A stretch of DNA of 64,000 nucleotides from Anaeromyces robustus (lineage: Eukaryota). Below, one piece after another: positions 51,281 to 64,000 of the stretch. Position numbers and translations under genes: made by a program. The notes under the pieces are model-generated. The model did no database searches and was not told where the DNA came from. It saw only the letters and a list, made by a program, of their open reading frames with translations. The stretch is from positions 1-64,000 of the forward strand of contig MCFG01000135.1 of the NCBI GenBank assembly GCA_002104895.1, given 5' to 3'. How positions within the stretch are numbered: position 1 is the stretch's first letter; every line of letters starts with the position of its first letter.

Positions 51281-53515
51281 ATGAATTTAAAGTTTTTATT
51301 AAAAGGAATAAGTTTTTTAATATTTATTTCTAATGTCTTTGCTGATTATACAGGTGATTGTAAGGATATGATTCAATATTTAAATGAGGAAGATCAATCC
51401 TATTATCGTTCATTTATTTATAACTGTGAAGTTAATTCAGAAGGAAAAGTTGTTGAATTGTAAATAATTTTTTTTTTTTTTTATTATTTTAATGTTATAT
51501 ATATATATATAAATTTATTTTTTTTAATAATGGATAAATTATTAAGAAAAAAAAAAAAAGTAAAATAAAATAAATAGTGAAATAAAACATGTAATGAATA
51601 ATATAAAAATAAAAATAAAATAAAATATTATTTAATAATTTTAATATTGTAAAAAATTAAATAATTCATTTTATAATTTTAATATATTAATAATATATAT
51701 ATATATATATAAAATTAATTCATTTTATAATTTTAATAATGATTTATATATTTTGCCTATTTGTCTATTTATAGAGTTTTAAAGAATAATAACTTATCAG
51801 AAGAAACTATTAAGAATATATTATCTTATGATACTATTACTTCTCTGTATGTAAATTATTTTTAAATATTAAAAATATATATATGTTTTTTTTTTATTTA
51901 TTTTATTTTATCTCTTTTTGATATTATTAAACTTTTTTTTTATTTTTAATAATAAATATTTATATTTTAATACAAATTTCTATTATATAGTATCTATATC
52001 GTAGATATTGGTCATGTTGATTCTGGTTTAACTCAACAATATCCTGTTTTCCCTGATATTATTACTAAATTACCAAACTTGGAAGAATTGTAAAAAAAAA
52101 ATGAAATAGAATATTATAAATATATATATATTGTTTTGTCTTTTTTTGAAAAAAAAAAGATAAAAAAAAATTAAAGGCATTATAATAAATGATTAATATT
52201 GTATTTTTTTTATTTATTTATATGATTATATGAATTCTTTATAGAGAACTTACTAATAATGAATATTTCGAAAGTCATACTTATGCACGTTATTATCAAA
52301 GACCTATTGATGAAAATGTATTAAAATTACCAAATAGTTTAAAAAAATTGTAAGTAAAAAAAAAAAAAAAGAAAAAAATATATAAATATATAAATTTATA
52401 TATTTTAATTTCTAGTATTATTTAAAAATAATTTTAAATATGTGAATAAAAATATTTAAATCATAAATGAAATAAATATAAAATTATAATATAATATATA
52501 TATATATATTATTATTATTATTATTATATATTATAAATATAAATTATAAATAATATATTTAAATATTAATAATTAAGATGTTTTCTTTTTCTTTTTTTTT
52601 TTTTTTTTATATATATATATTTATAAAAGGACCTTAAAATTTATTGAACTTTCTCAAACTAATATTGATGAAATTTCTACGATAACTAATCTTAAAGAAT
52701 TGTAAAAAAAAAATTTTTTTTTTAATTTATTTATCATTGATGATAAATTTTTTTTATATATATTAATTTTTATTATTTTTTTTCTATTCTTCATTTTAAA
52801 TAATACTTTTTATTAATTAATCTATAAAATATATATTTATATTTAAATTTATATATATATATGTATATATACATGATATTCATGATACCCATGATATACA
52901 ATGATATTTTTATATATAATTAATATATTTTATTATAATGCTCGAAAAAACAAAAAAATTAACCTCTATATAGAAATTTATCTAATTGTAAAACAGAAGG
53001 TTTAAATTTTGAACCTATAAATTCTCTTAAACAATTAAATACTTTGTAAATATATCATATCATATAATATAATATAATATAATATAATATAATATAATAT
53101 AATATAATATAATATAATATAATATAATATAATATAATATAATATAATATAATATAATTTAAATTTAATTAAAATAATTAAAAATAAGTAAATTTTTTTT
53201 TTACTTTTAAAAAAGTTTTTAAATATTAATATTTTTTATGTTTTTTTTTTTTTTTTTTATAATATTTTAAATTATATATATATAAGATCTTTAACTGGTT
53301 ATTCTGATCTTCACGAGGATCCTCACTATGTTGATAAGGGACTTTTAAAGTCATTTAAATCTATTAAAGAATTGTAAGTTAATGAAATTTGGATAATTAA
53401 TATTAATATTATTATTAATAAAATATATATTATTAATAAATATTTAAATAAAAATTCATAAAAAAAATTGTAATATATAAATTAATATAATGTTTTTTTT
53501 TTATTTATTATTACA

Positions 53516-53546
<31 letters not shown>

Positions 53547-53842
53547 GAGATCTTACTGGAATGACCCTTAATCAAGATAATATTAATGAAATTGCTGGAT
53601 TAAAAAATCTTGAAAATTTGTAAATATATATTTATATATATAAATATATAATTTTATAAATATTATTCATCTTTTTTTTTATTTTTTTTTAATTATTTTA
53701 TTTTTTTTTTATTATTTTTTAATAATTAATTATATATATGTATTTGTTTATAAATTTTAAAATTTCTATATAGGAAATTATTAGCAAATTCAAGTTTAGA
53801 TTTAACAAATTTGAAAAAACTTAAAAAAATTTCTTCAGTGTA

Positions 53843-53888
<46 letters not shown>

Positions 53889-56784
53889 TACTTAGTATAA
53901 CTATTTAAATATTTTAATTAAATAGCAATATAGCAATATAACAATATAAATATTAATATATTGTTATTATTAATTTTTATTTATTATTTATTATTTTTTT
54001 TATATATAATTTATTAATAAATATATAAATTTTCTTCAATAAATATCTATGAAATTTTTTTTTCTATTTTCTATTATTATAGATTTATTAAATATTTTGA
54101 TAGAGCTATGTTTGATATTGATGAAAGATTTAATATTGATAGAACCATTAACTTTAAATTTAATAAAAATATTAAACAATTGTAAGTAATATTTTTTTTT
54201 TGTTTTGTTTATATTTTAATATCTTGATATCCTATCTTATTGATATATATATATTTATACGTATATATGTATGTATATACATGTATACCTGATATATATT
54301 AATATATATCAATTATTTATCATTATTATATTATAATTATATTAAAATTCAATTATTCAATTGTCATAAATTCTTTTTACTAATTTGATAAATATATATT
54401 TATATTGATATAATAATAATAATAATAATTTTTTAGAACTATTGATGACTTTGAACTTGGTCAAAAAAATATTGATGAAATCGCTTCTTATACCAATCTT
54501 AATTTATTGTAATTAAATTATTATTATTATTAAAATAGTTAAAATATAAAGTTTAATAAAAAAAACTTTTTTTTTTAATTCTTTGTTTTATAAATTAAAT
54601 CATTAAAATAATATATATAAATATATAAAAAAATTTTTTTTTTTTTTCGAAATGAATAGAAATTTCAAATCAGTTAAATATAGTAAAGATGTAAAACTTG
54701 ATAAATTGAAAAATCTTAAAAATCTTTTAGCTTTGTAAGTAATTCCTTATTTTATATATATTTAAATATTTTTTTTAAATAATTATACTTTGTAATTATT
54801 ATTACTTAGAAAAAAAATAAAATATCTATATCAATATAAAATAAAATAAAATAGAATTAATTATTTCAAATAATAAAATGATGAAAATTAAATAGGTTAT
54901 ATATTATATTAATTTAAATTAATTAATTTTTTTTATTTTTTTTTAATAAATAAAAAAAAAAATTTTTATATTTATATTTATATTTATAGGTACATGGAAG
55001 ATAGTTCATATAATTCCGAATTTCCAAGCTTTATAAAATCATTATCCAAATTAAAAGAATTGTAAGTTTTTTTTATTTATTCATTCATTCATTTATTTAA
55101 TATAATTTATATTTAATTATTTAAATTTTTTTTTTCTACAATATTTTTTTTGTCATTTATAATATTAATCTATTAATTTAAAATTATTAATTTTTTTTTT
55201 TTATTAGAAAACTTGTATTACAAGATATTGAAACTATTCCTGATGATTTAAATCTTAAAAATCTTGAATTACTGTAAAATATATATATTTAAATATATAC
55301 ATTATTATATATAATATTTAAAAATTAAAATATATATATATATTCATTTTATTTTTATTTTATTTTATTTTATTAATATATATATATATATATATGCTTT
55401 TTTTTTTTCATTTATAATATTGTTTTTTTTAACAATATTTTACCAGTGAATTGAATTTTAATGAAATTAAAGCTATTCCTGAAACTATTAACAATCTTGT
55501 TAACCTTAAAACAATGTAAGTCCAAATAAAATTTTATATATAATTATATATAATTATGGTATAGTATTTAGTATTAATTTTGATTTTGATATTTATATTT
55601 ATATATATATATAAATATATAATTAATTAATTAATTAATTAATTATAGTAATTTAAATGATAATAAAATTGTTAATATTCCTGAATCATTGGGAGATCTT
55701 AAAAATCTTGAAAGTCTGTAAGTATATATATATATGTATATTTTAACATAAATAAACTAAATATAATATTATATAAAAATAAAAATAATTATAATAATAA
55801 TTAATAATTAAATATAATATATTATATATATTGTATAAAAATTATTTAATATTATATATATATTAATTGTTAATAAATTTTTAAAAAAAATATATATATT
55901 TTTTTAATTTCAATAATAGTGATTTAAGTTATAATAAAATTGATGATACTATTCCTAAATCTCTTAATAATTTAACTAAACTTGAATACATGTACGTATA
56001 TATATATATATTTTATTATATGTTGTTTTAATAATAATAATTAATAAATAATAAATAATAGTAATAAAATTAACTAATTACTATAATAAAATTTATAATC
56101 ATCATAATTATAATAATAATATTTATTAATTTATTATATAAAATTTATAATAACCATAATTATAATAATAACATTAATTCTAGTTCATTAGACAATAATG
56201 TAAATATTAAAGGAGAAACTTTAACTAATGAAAGTCTTAAAGCTTGTTATTATAATAAATATCCTGATCTCTGTATAGCTAAAGATATGGAATGTATTGA
56301 TAAAAATTTAAAATCTGCATTAAAAACTTGTTCTACTTCTAATTATACTCCAACGACTACTATTACCACTACTACTACTATTATTTCTACTATTACTACG
56401 GTTTCTACTACTACTACTACTTCTATTGTTGCCCTTCCAACTTCAGTAAATGGAAAATGTGGTGAAAAAGATGGTCAATGTCCAGAAGGTAATTGTTGTA
56501 GTAAATATGGTTGGTGTGGTACAAGTAAATATCATTGTGGTACAGGATGTCAACCTCAATATGGTCTTTGTATTGAATCTTTAATGGAAACTACTACCAC
56601 TACTCCTACTACCACTACAACAACAAGTACTAAAACAACTAATATTATTTCTACAAATGGTCAATGTGGTACCATTTATGGTCATTGTCCATCTGGTACT
56701 TGTTGTAGTAAATATGGTTGGTGTGGTTCCACGGATAGTCATTGTGGAATAGGTTGTCAATCCGATTTCGGAAAATGTAATTAA
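51281..56784 (+). CDS. Secreted leucine-rich-repeat protein with two C-terminal CBM18 (chitin-binding, hevein-like) domains; 18 exons, 672 aa
   Basis: Exons 51281-51459, 51775-51846, 51991-52089, 52245-52349, 52630-52701, 52974-53045, 53287-53373, 53548-53619, 53774-53839, 54083-54181, 54437-54508, 54660-54734, 54990-55061, 55208-55273, 55447-55515, 55649-55717, 55920-55991, 56184-56784. All GT-AG, all introns phase 2, total 2019 nt. Signal peptide [21 protein letters not shown]; LRRs such as [22 protein letters not shown]; Thr-rich linkers; CCSKYGWCG twice. Confidence 0.93.
53062..53157. repeat. (AATAT)n intronic microsatellite
   Basis: Direct inspection. Confidence 0.9.
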
Positions 56785-57182
56785 GGGTAGGAAGGAAAAA
56801 AGAAAGTAAAAGTTAGAAAAAAAAATAAAAAGTAAAATAAAATAAAATAAAATAAAATGGAAAAATAATAATAATAATAATTATATTATTATTATTAAAA
56901 AAAAAGATTTAAAATATGAAATGAAATAGAATGAAAAAAAAAAAAACAATAATCATAATAATACTTTATATATAAGGGGAAAATAGAAAAAGAAAAAAAA
57001 AAAGAAAAGTAAAAAGAGAAAAGAGAAACATTATTAAATTAAATAGATTTAAATAGATATAACATCATAACATTAATATCCATTTAATTTATTAAAAAAA
57101 AAAAAAAGTATATATAAAGTAGAAGAAAAAAATCAATTAAAAATCAAAAATTAATAATAGTAATAACAACAACAACAACAAC

Positions 57183-57228
<46 letters not shown>

Positions 57229-57257
57229 GTATTTTTTTATTATTTATATTATAATAA

Positions 57258-57308
<51 letters not shown>

Positions 57309-58491
57309 TAGAACAAAAAAAAAAGTTTTTTTTTCTCTCTTTCATTCATATTTAATATAAATCTTAAAAACGAAAACAAAAATAATAAGCCATTTAAAAG
57401 CAAAACTATACATAAAAAACCAAATAATATTTAAATATATATTTATATATTATATATAACAATATTAAATATATATTAAATCAATATTTTAAATCAAATT
57501 TAAAAAAAAAATATTATATTTATATCATTATTAAAATATTATATCTATATCTATTAAAATATATTATATTTTTATCCAAAGAAAAAAAAATAAAATATAT
57601 ATATATATAATTATTATATATATATATATATTGTTATTATTATATATATTATTTATCAATATTCATATTCATTTTAAAAATATAGTTAAAAAAAAAAAAA
57701 AAGAAACAAATATTATATTTTTAGTTAATATCTAATACATACATATATATATAAATATTCATTTTTTTTATTTCATTGAAATAGATAAATAGTATATATA
57801 TATATATAAATATGAAAATAGATATATAACGAAAATTACAATTATAAAAAAAAATACAAAAAAAAAAAAATAGAATTAAAATATTTTAATAATATTGTAT
57901 TCTTTTCTCTTTTTTTTTTTTCCATTTTTTTTTTACTCTTATATTTTTCAATTTTACACTGGAAAATAAAGATTAAAAAAAAAAAAAAAAAAAAAAAAAA
58001 AGTTATTAAAACAATACAAATATTATTAAAAATTTTTATATTTTATTTTTTTTTTTTATACTTATTTTTATTTTTATTTTAATTTTTATTTTATTTTTAT
58101 TTATTTTTTTTTCAATTCACACCTGAAAAAAAAAGGAATAAAAATAAAAATAAAATAAAATGAAAATGAAAATGAAAACAAACGCTAATATAACAATATT
58201 ATTATAAATTTTTATTTTCTTATTTTATTTTTTTTATTTATTTTCTTATTTAATTTTATTTTCTTATTTTTTTTTTTTTTTTTTATTTTCTATTTTCTTT
58301 TCTTTTCCTATTTTTTAATATTAGAAAATAGGGGGAAAAAATAAAGAAATTTTAAAAAAAAAAAAAAAATAAAAATAAAAATAAAAATAAGAAAATAAAA
58401 AATAAATAAAAAATATAAGAAAATAAAAATAAAAATCTAGCGCATATTTTTTTAATTCATTCATCAAGCGCATATTTTACTTTTTATAATA

Positions 58492-58514
58492 ACACACACA
58501 CACAACACACACAC

Positions 58515-58561
<47 letters not shown>
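58492..58561. repeat. (CA)n/(CACATA)n microsatellite
   Basis: Direct inspection. Confidence 0.9.
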
Positions 58562-60756
58562 TTAAATATTTATATTTTTATATATTTATATTTACATATT
58601 TATATTTATATATATATATTTAAATAATAATTATTAAAATTATGAAATTATAAAAAAAATTATAGCATTTAAGGATTTTAATAATTTTAATAATTTTATA
58701 TTATATATATATATATATATATACATAAATATAATTATAATTATAATATTATATAGTTTATTAATAATAATAATAATAATAATAATTAAAAAAAAAAAAG
58801 AAATAATTAATTAATATATTTATATAATAAGTTTTTATTTTTTCTTTTTTTTCTTTTTTTTCATGTATTTATTAACTTGATATAAAAAAAAAAAAAAAAG
58901 AAAAAAAAAACCTAATAATAATAAATATTTTTTTTAATTAAAAAAAAAAAAAAAAACAATAATCAATAATCTTGTGTTTATTTTTTATTTTATATGGTGT
59001 AAAAAAACTAAAAAAAAAAAAGAAATTAAAATATATATAAATATCTTTTTTTTTTTCAATTATATATAATCATAATGGAGTGTTAGCTCTCAGTGATTAG
59101 TGGTAAGAGCAATGGATTTTTGCAGATCACATTACAATATATAATCATAATCATGATTAAAGGAGGAAAATATCATAAATTATTGTGTATTATTAAAAAT
59201 TTTTTTTTATCTTTTCTTTTTATTACTTTGTTCATAACTCTAACAAGTTAGAGAAATATTATAGTATTTTTTTTTTTTTAAAAAAAAAAAAAAGAAAAAA
59301 AGTTATATATATAAAATAATTCATATAATAAATATTAATAATAATAATATTATAAAAAAGGAGAGAATTAACTAATATATAAAATTAAAACTAAAACTAA
59401 AATCCGGTTTATATTATATAGTTTATTTAAGTATTTATTTATGTTTTTAGTTTAATTATGAAAGTAAAAGTTGAGATAGATAATAATTTAATAATTAAAT
59501 ATTTATATTAATTTAAAGGTTAAAGATTATAGATTATAGATTATGGAATATAATTATAACTAGAATTAATTTTAATTATAAATATTTATCTATTTAATTC
59601 TAATTCTAAGTTTAATTATTTAATTATTCTTTTGTTTTTTTTTTTCTTTTTTCTTTCTTTTCTTTCTTTTCTTTCTTTTTTTTTCTTTTTTTCTTTTTTT
59701 TCTAATGGATTAAAAAACTTTTATACCTTTTTTTTTACCTTTTTTTAACTTTTTTTTTTTTTTTAAAAAAAAAAAAAATTTAAAAATTAATATTTGATTT
59801 TGTATGAATCATCTACTATTTATGAATATTCATATTGTTGTAAATTATGTGAAGTCGTCAATATTATATGAATATTTGGACCATGGGTTGGTGGTAGAAA
59901 ATGGAGAATGGTGTATGGTATAAAGAACAATTGTGAAAATGAAAATGGAAAAATGGAAATACAAATGAAAATGAAAATAAAAATGGAAATGGAAGTTGGA
60001 ATGGAAATGGGAATGAGAATGGAAATAAAAATATAATAATTGAAGATCCATTTCGTGAAAAATAATAGTTCAGATAATACAGATAGTAATAATAATTTTT
60101 TAATTTTTATTTTTTAAAAATGGAAAATAATAATAAATAATAAATAATAAATAATAAAAAAAAAGGAAAATATGATTATCTTTATTCAGTCCATTATCTT
60201 TAACTTTATGTTTTAAAAATTGTTATTGGAAGGAATCAAATCAATCAATCAAAAAAAAAAATACTTTTGATGAAATAAATCATATTTATAAAAAAAGGTA
60301 TAGAACTTCCCTAAATACTAAAGAGTATTAAATAAAAATTTTTATCCTTACCTAATAGAATTATTTATAAAAAAGATGAATATTATTATATGAAGAAGAG
60401 GTATAAAAAAAAATTTTTTTTTTTTAGAATATATCAAATAGATTAAAAGATATTATATATAATGTTGAAATAATAAAAAGATAAATTTGAAAATCCTCAA
60501 AAAAACTAATCAATGGATGGATGGAGATGGAAGGAAAAAAATAAAAAAACTTTAGATATAATTAAAAATAAAAATATGATTAAGGAATGAAATGTCGTTT
60601 GAAAAAAAAAAGGATTCAAAGGTTATTATGCTTTTAATTAATATACTTGTCATAGGCATATATGGAATGAATGAATGAATTTGATGTTCTCAATACTAGA
60701 AAAAAAAAAGAAAGAAAAAAAAAATTTTTTTTTTCATAGAAAATGAGCAAAAAAAA

Positions 60757-60873
60757 AAAAAAAAATTAGAAGTAAGCAGTAATGATTTATATATCAAAAA
60801 AAAATTAGAAGTAAGCAGTAATGATTTATATATCAAAAAAAAATTAGAAGTAAGCAGTAATGATTTGTATATC
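60757..60873. repeat. 39-bp tandem repeat x3 (A9-TTAGAAGTAAGCAGTAATGATTTATATATC)
   Basis: TTAGAAG recurs at 60766, 60805 and 60844. Confidence 0.9.
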
Positions 60874-61432
60874 AAAAAAAAAAAAGATTTTATTTTCTAA
60901 AAATGACCTCCTATTTTTTTTTTCATAAAAGATGATGATATAACGTATTTTTACTATGAATATTTTATAAAAAAAAAGAAATATGATAAAAATTCAATTA
61001 GTATTAATGAATTTATGACTATTATGCCAAAAAAAAAAATAAGAAAGGAAAATTTAAGTAATTATTATATTGAAAAATGTCATCTCAAAAGAAGAAAAAT
61101 TCATCAAATGAGATGAAAAAAAAAGAAAAAAAAAACTTTTTATTAATATCCAATTCGTATGAAGAAGTGACCATTAAAAACTACCAAAATTCGGTTTTTT
61201 TGTTTTGAATTAAATTTTAAAAAAAAAAAATAAAATAAAATAAAAAATATTTAAATTAAATAAAATAATTTATGAAATATAAAGGATACTTTCACATGTA
61301 AAGATCAATTAGTTATAGAAATAAATAAAGCCATTTTATGTTTATTATAAGAGAGATAAAAAAACTCTACTTAAAAGATAAATTGGTATCGTATCGTTCA
61401 TTTTCAATAAAGTTGACATACAAATTGTGTGC

Positions 61433-61471
<39 letters not shown>

Positions 61472-61629
61472 TCGTTCATTCTTTAAATAATGAAAAAAAA
61501 TAAAAAGTTTTATTTTTTTATTTTATTTTTTTTTTTTTTAATTCTAATTTTAATTGGTATTAAAGAATTTTATAAATTAAAAAGAAAAAAATAGATAGGA
61601 TTATTAAAATAAGTAAGTAGATGTTAAAA

Positions 61630-61660
<31 letters not shown>

Positions 61661-61929
61661 ATTTTTTTTTAATTTAAATATTTAATAAAATAAACCAATA
61701 AAAAAAAAAAGGAAATTTTTTAATGCATAAAAAATAAAAATAAAAATAAAAAATCAAAAAAAATTTCTCCAAAATAATAAAAATTTTTTATTTTAATTTT
61801 TTAGTTAAAAAAAAATTAAAATATAGAATTTTATTATTTTTATTTAAATTTAATAAAATAAAATGGAAAGGAAAAACTAATTAAAGAATTGAAAATAATA
61901 AAAGTAAAATAAAATTCTTTACAGAAAAT

Positions 61930-61964
<35 letters not shown>

Positions 61965-63509
61965 TTTTTTAATTTTTATTTTAATTTTTATTTTAATTTT
62001 TATTTTATTCTTTTAATGGTAAAAATATTATAATATATAAATAAATAAAATAATAAAACTATTTAATATTTTTTTTTATTTTTTTAATAATATTTAATAT
62101 TCTGAATATTTTTTTATTTAATATTTTAATAAAATTTAATATTTTTGAATATTTTTTGAATATTTTTTTTTATTTAATATTTTAATAATATTTAATATTC
62201 TTTTTTGTTATTATTTTAATAATATTGAATATTTTTGAATATTTTTTGAATTTTTTTTAATTTTAATTAATATTCTTTTTTTATTTAAAATTAAAAATAT
62301 TATTATTTATTAATAAAGAAATTAACATTTTTCAAACTAACTCAATTCAACGATAATTAAAGAATTTTAATTATCATTATTGAAATAGATTTATATTTTT
62401 TAGAATAATTTTGACAGTCAATTAATTTATAATTTATAATTTTTTAGTGATCATCTTCATTTGTTATAATTTATATTTATTTAAATCAAATAAACAAATT
62501 AAACCATAATTCAATAATATCATTTTTATTATAACCATTTTTAATAAGGTTCGAATTCCAGTTTTTAAATTCTCTTCCATTTTATATTAAAAATTTTTCA
62601 AATCAAAAAAAAAATTAATAAAAAAATATAATTTTTAAGTGACTAAAATTTATATTATTACTTTTTTATTTATTATTTATAATCATTTTTTTTAATAAAA
62701 TATAACATCTATAATACGGTTATATTATTTATTACTTATTATTTTATTTATTATTATTCATTTATCAAAAAAAATAAAATAAATATATTTAATTTTATAA
62801 TGAATTTTTATTTTTTTTTAATTTTTTTTAGTAATTAAGTAATATTTATTTATTTAAATATATTAAATAAATAACTTATATAAACAAAATAAATTAACAA
62901 TTTTTATTTTTGTTAATTTAATTTTTTTAAATTATATTATTTTATTTTATAACGTGGCTTTCATAATTTGTGTTTAAAAAAAATTTATTTTTTAATTTAT
63001 TTTTTATGCGCCTCATTGTAAAAATTTAATATGCGCCCCATATCCTATTGCTAAATGTAACACATTCGTTTTAATTGTTAAATCAACTTTTTCTTTTGTG
63101 TTACTGTAAGTGAAACAATTAGCCGAAAAATAAAATTAAATAAAATAAAGTTAATTTTTTTAAATAAGGAGGAAATTGGAAAAAAAGAAAAAAAAATTTA
63201 TAATTATATATAAAAGTTTATTTATTAATAAAAATTCAAAAAAACAGAAAATAAAATTTATTGTTAATTAATAAACGTAGAATTTTCTTATTTTTTAAGA
63301 TTTTATGATTTTAAATGTGATCATTAATGATATGATGATTTAATAATACAAAAAAAAATTTAATTTTTAACTATAATTTCAATTTCAATAAAATCAATAT
63401 ATTAAATATATTAAATATATTAATTTTTTTAATTAAATAAATGGAATACCATATAATTAGAATATATATGTAATATATATTATTTATTACTTAGAAAAAT
63501 CTTAAAACG

Positions 63510-63544
<35 letters not shown>

Positions 63545-64000
63545 AAAAGAAAAGAAAACCAGCAAACTGTTAATGCTTTGAACAAAATTTATTAATAATA
63601 ATAAATAATTAATAATAAAAAAAAAACTTTATATAAATAATATATTAAAATAAAAAAGTTTTTATATAATTCTTTATTAATTAATAAAAAAAATAAAATA
63701 AAATAACAACAAAATAACAACAAAAATGAGTGAAAGTAAACCAAACAAGTATTTCAAATGTATTTCTAATCGTACTTCAGCTATATTATATTTATGTTTA
63801 TTATTTGTAAGCATAAAAATTAATTTATAAATATAAATGAACTATGAAATATATATATATAGGAATAAAAAATTTAATAATAATTATATATATATTTATT
63901 CTTTTTTTTTTTTTTTTTTTTTTTTGTAAAATATATAAAATAATTTATACTAAATTTTTAAATTAATATATATTTTTTTAAAAAATAATATATATATATA

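Noticed and set aside
59080..59135. tRNA-like 5' half (…TAGTGGTAAGAGC…)
   Set aside because: No B box or T arm and no cloverleaf.
59845..60051. His/Phe-alternating 68-aa ORF
   Set aside because: Product of a degenerate (AAATGG)n hexamer repeat.

Overview
Extremely AT-rich, intron-rich eukaryotic DNA. The gene content (scaffoldin-like Cys/GYYxN repeat protein, LRR-CBM18 protein) points to an anaerobic gut fungus (Neocallimastigomycota); this is an inference. From left to right the window holds: (1) a large secreted scaffoldin-like gene (minus strand, running off the left edge), interrupted by a 571-bp solo-LTR-like insert that carries a tRNA-like Pol III cassette and might be spliced out in frame; (2) an intact, young Ty1/copia element (162-bp LTRs with no visible differences, CAAAA TSD, primer site matching the tRNA-Lys(CUU) anticodon arm), nested in a decayed relative of that LTR; (3) a frameshifted secreted protein with 11-aa repeats; (4) a ~19-kb birth-and-death array of Cys-rich single-pass membrane protein genes mixed with LINE fragments and a MITE, where one copy has exons 1-2 inverted relative to exon 3 and its upstream region with all frames and splice sites intact; (5) an 18-exon secreted LRR + 2xCBM18 gene with one LRR per symmetric phase-2 exon. 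Most of the remainder is low-complexity A/T DNA. All alignments and translations were done by eye.
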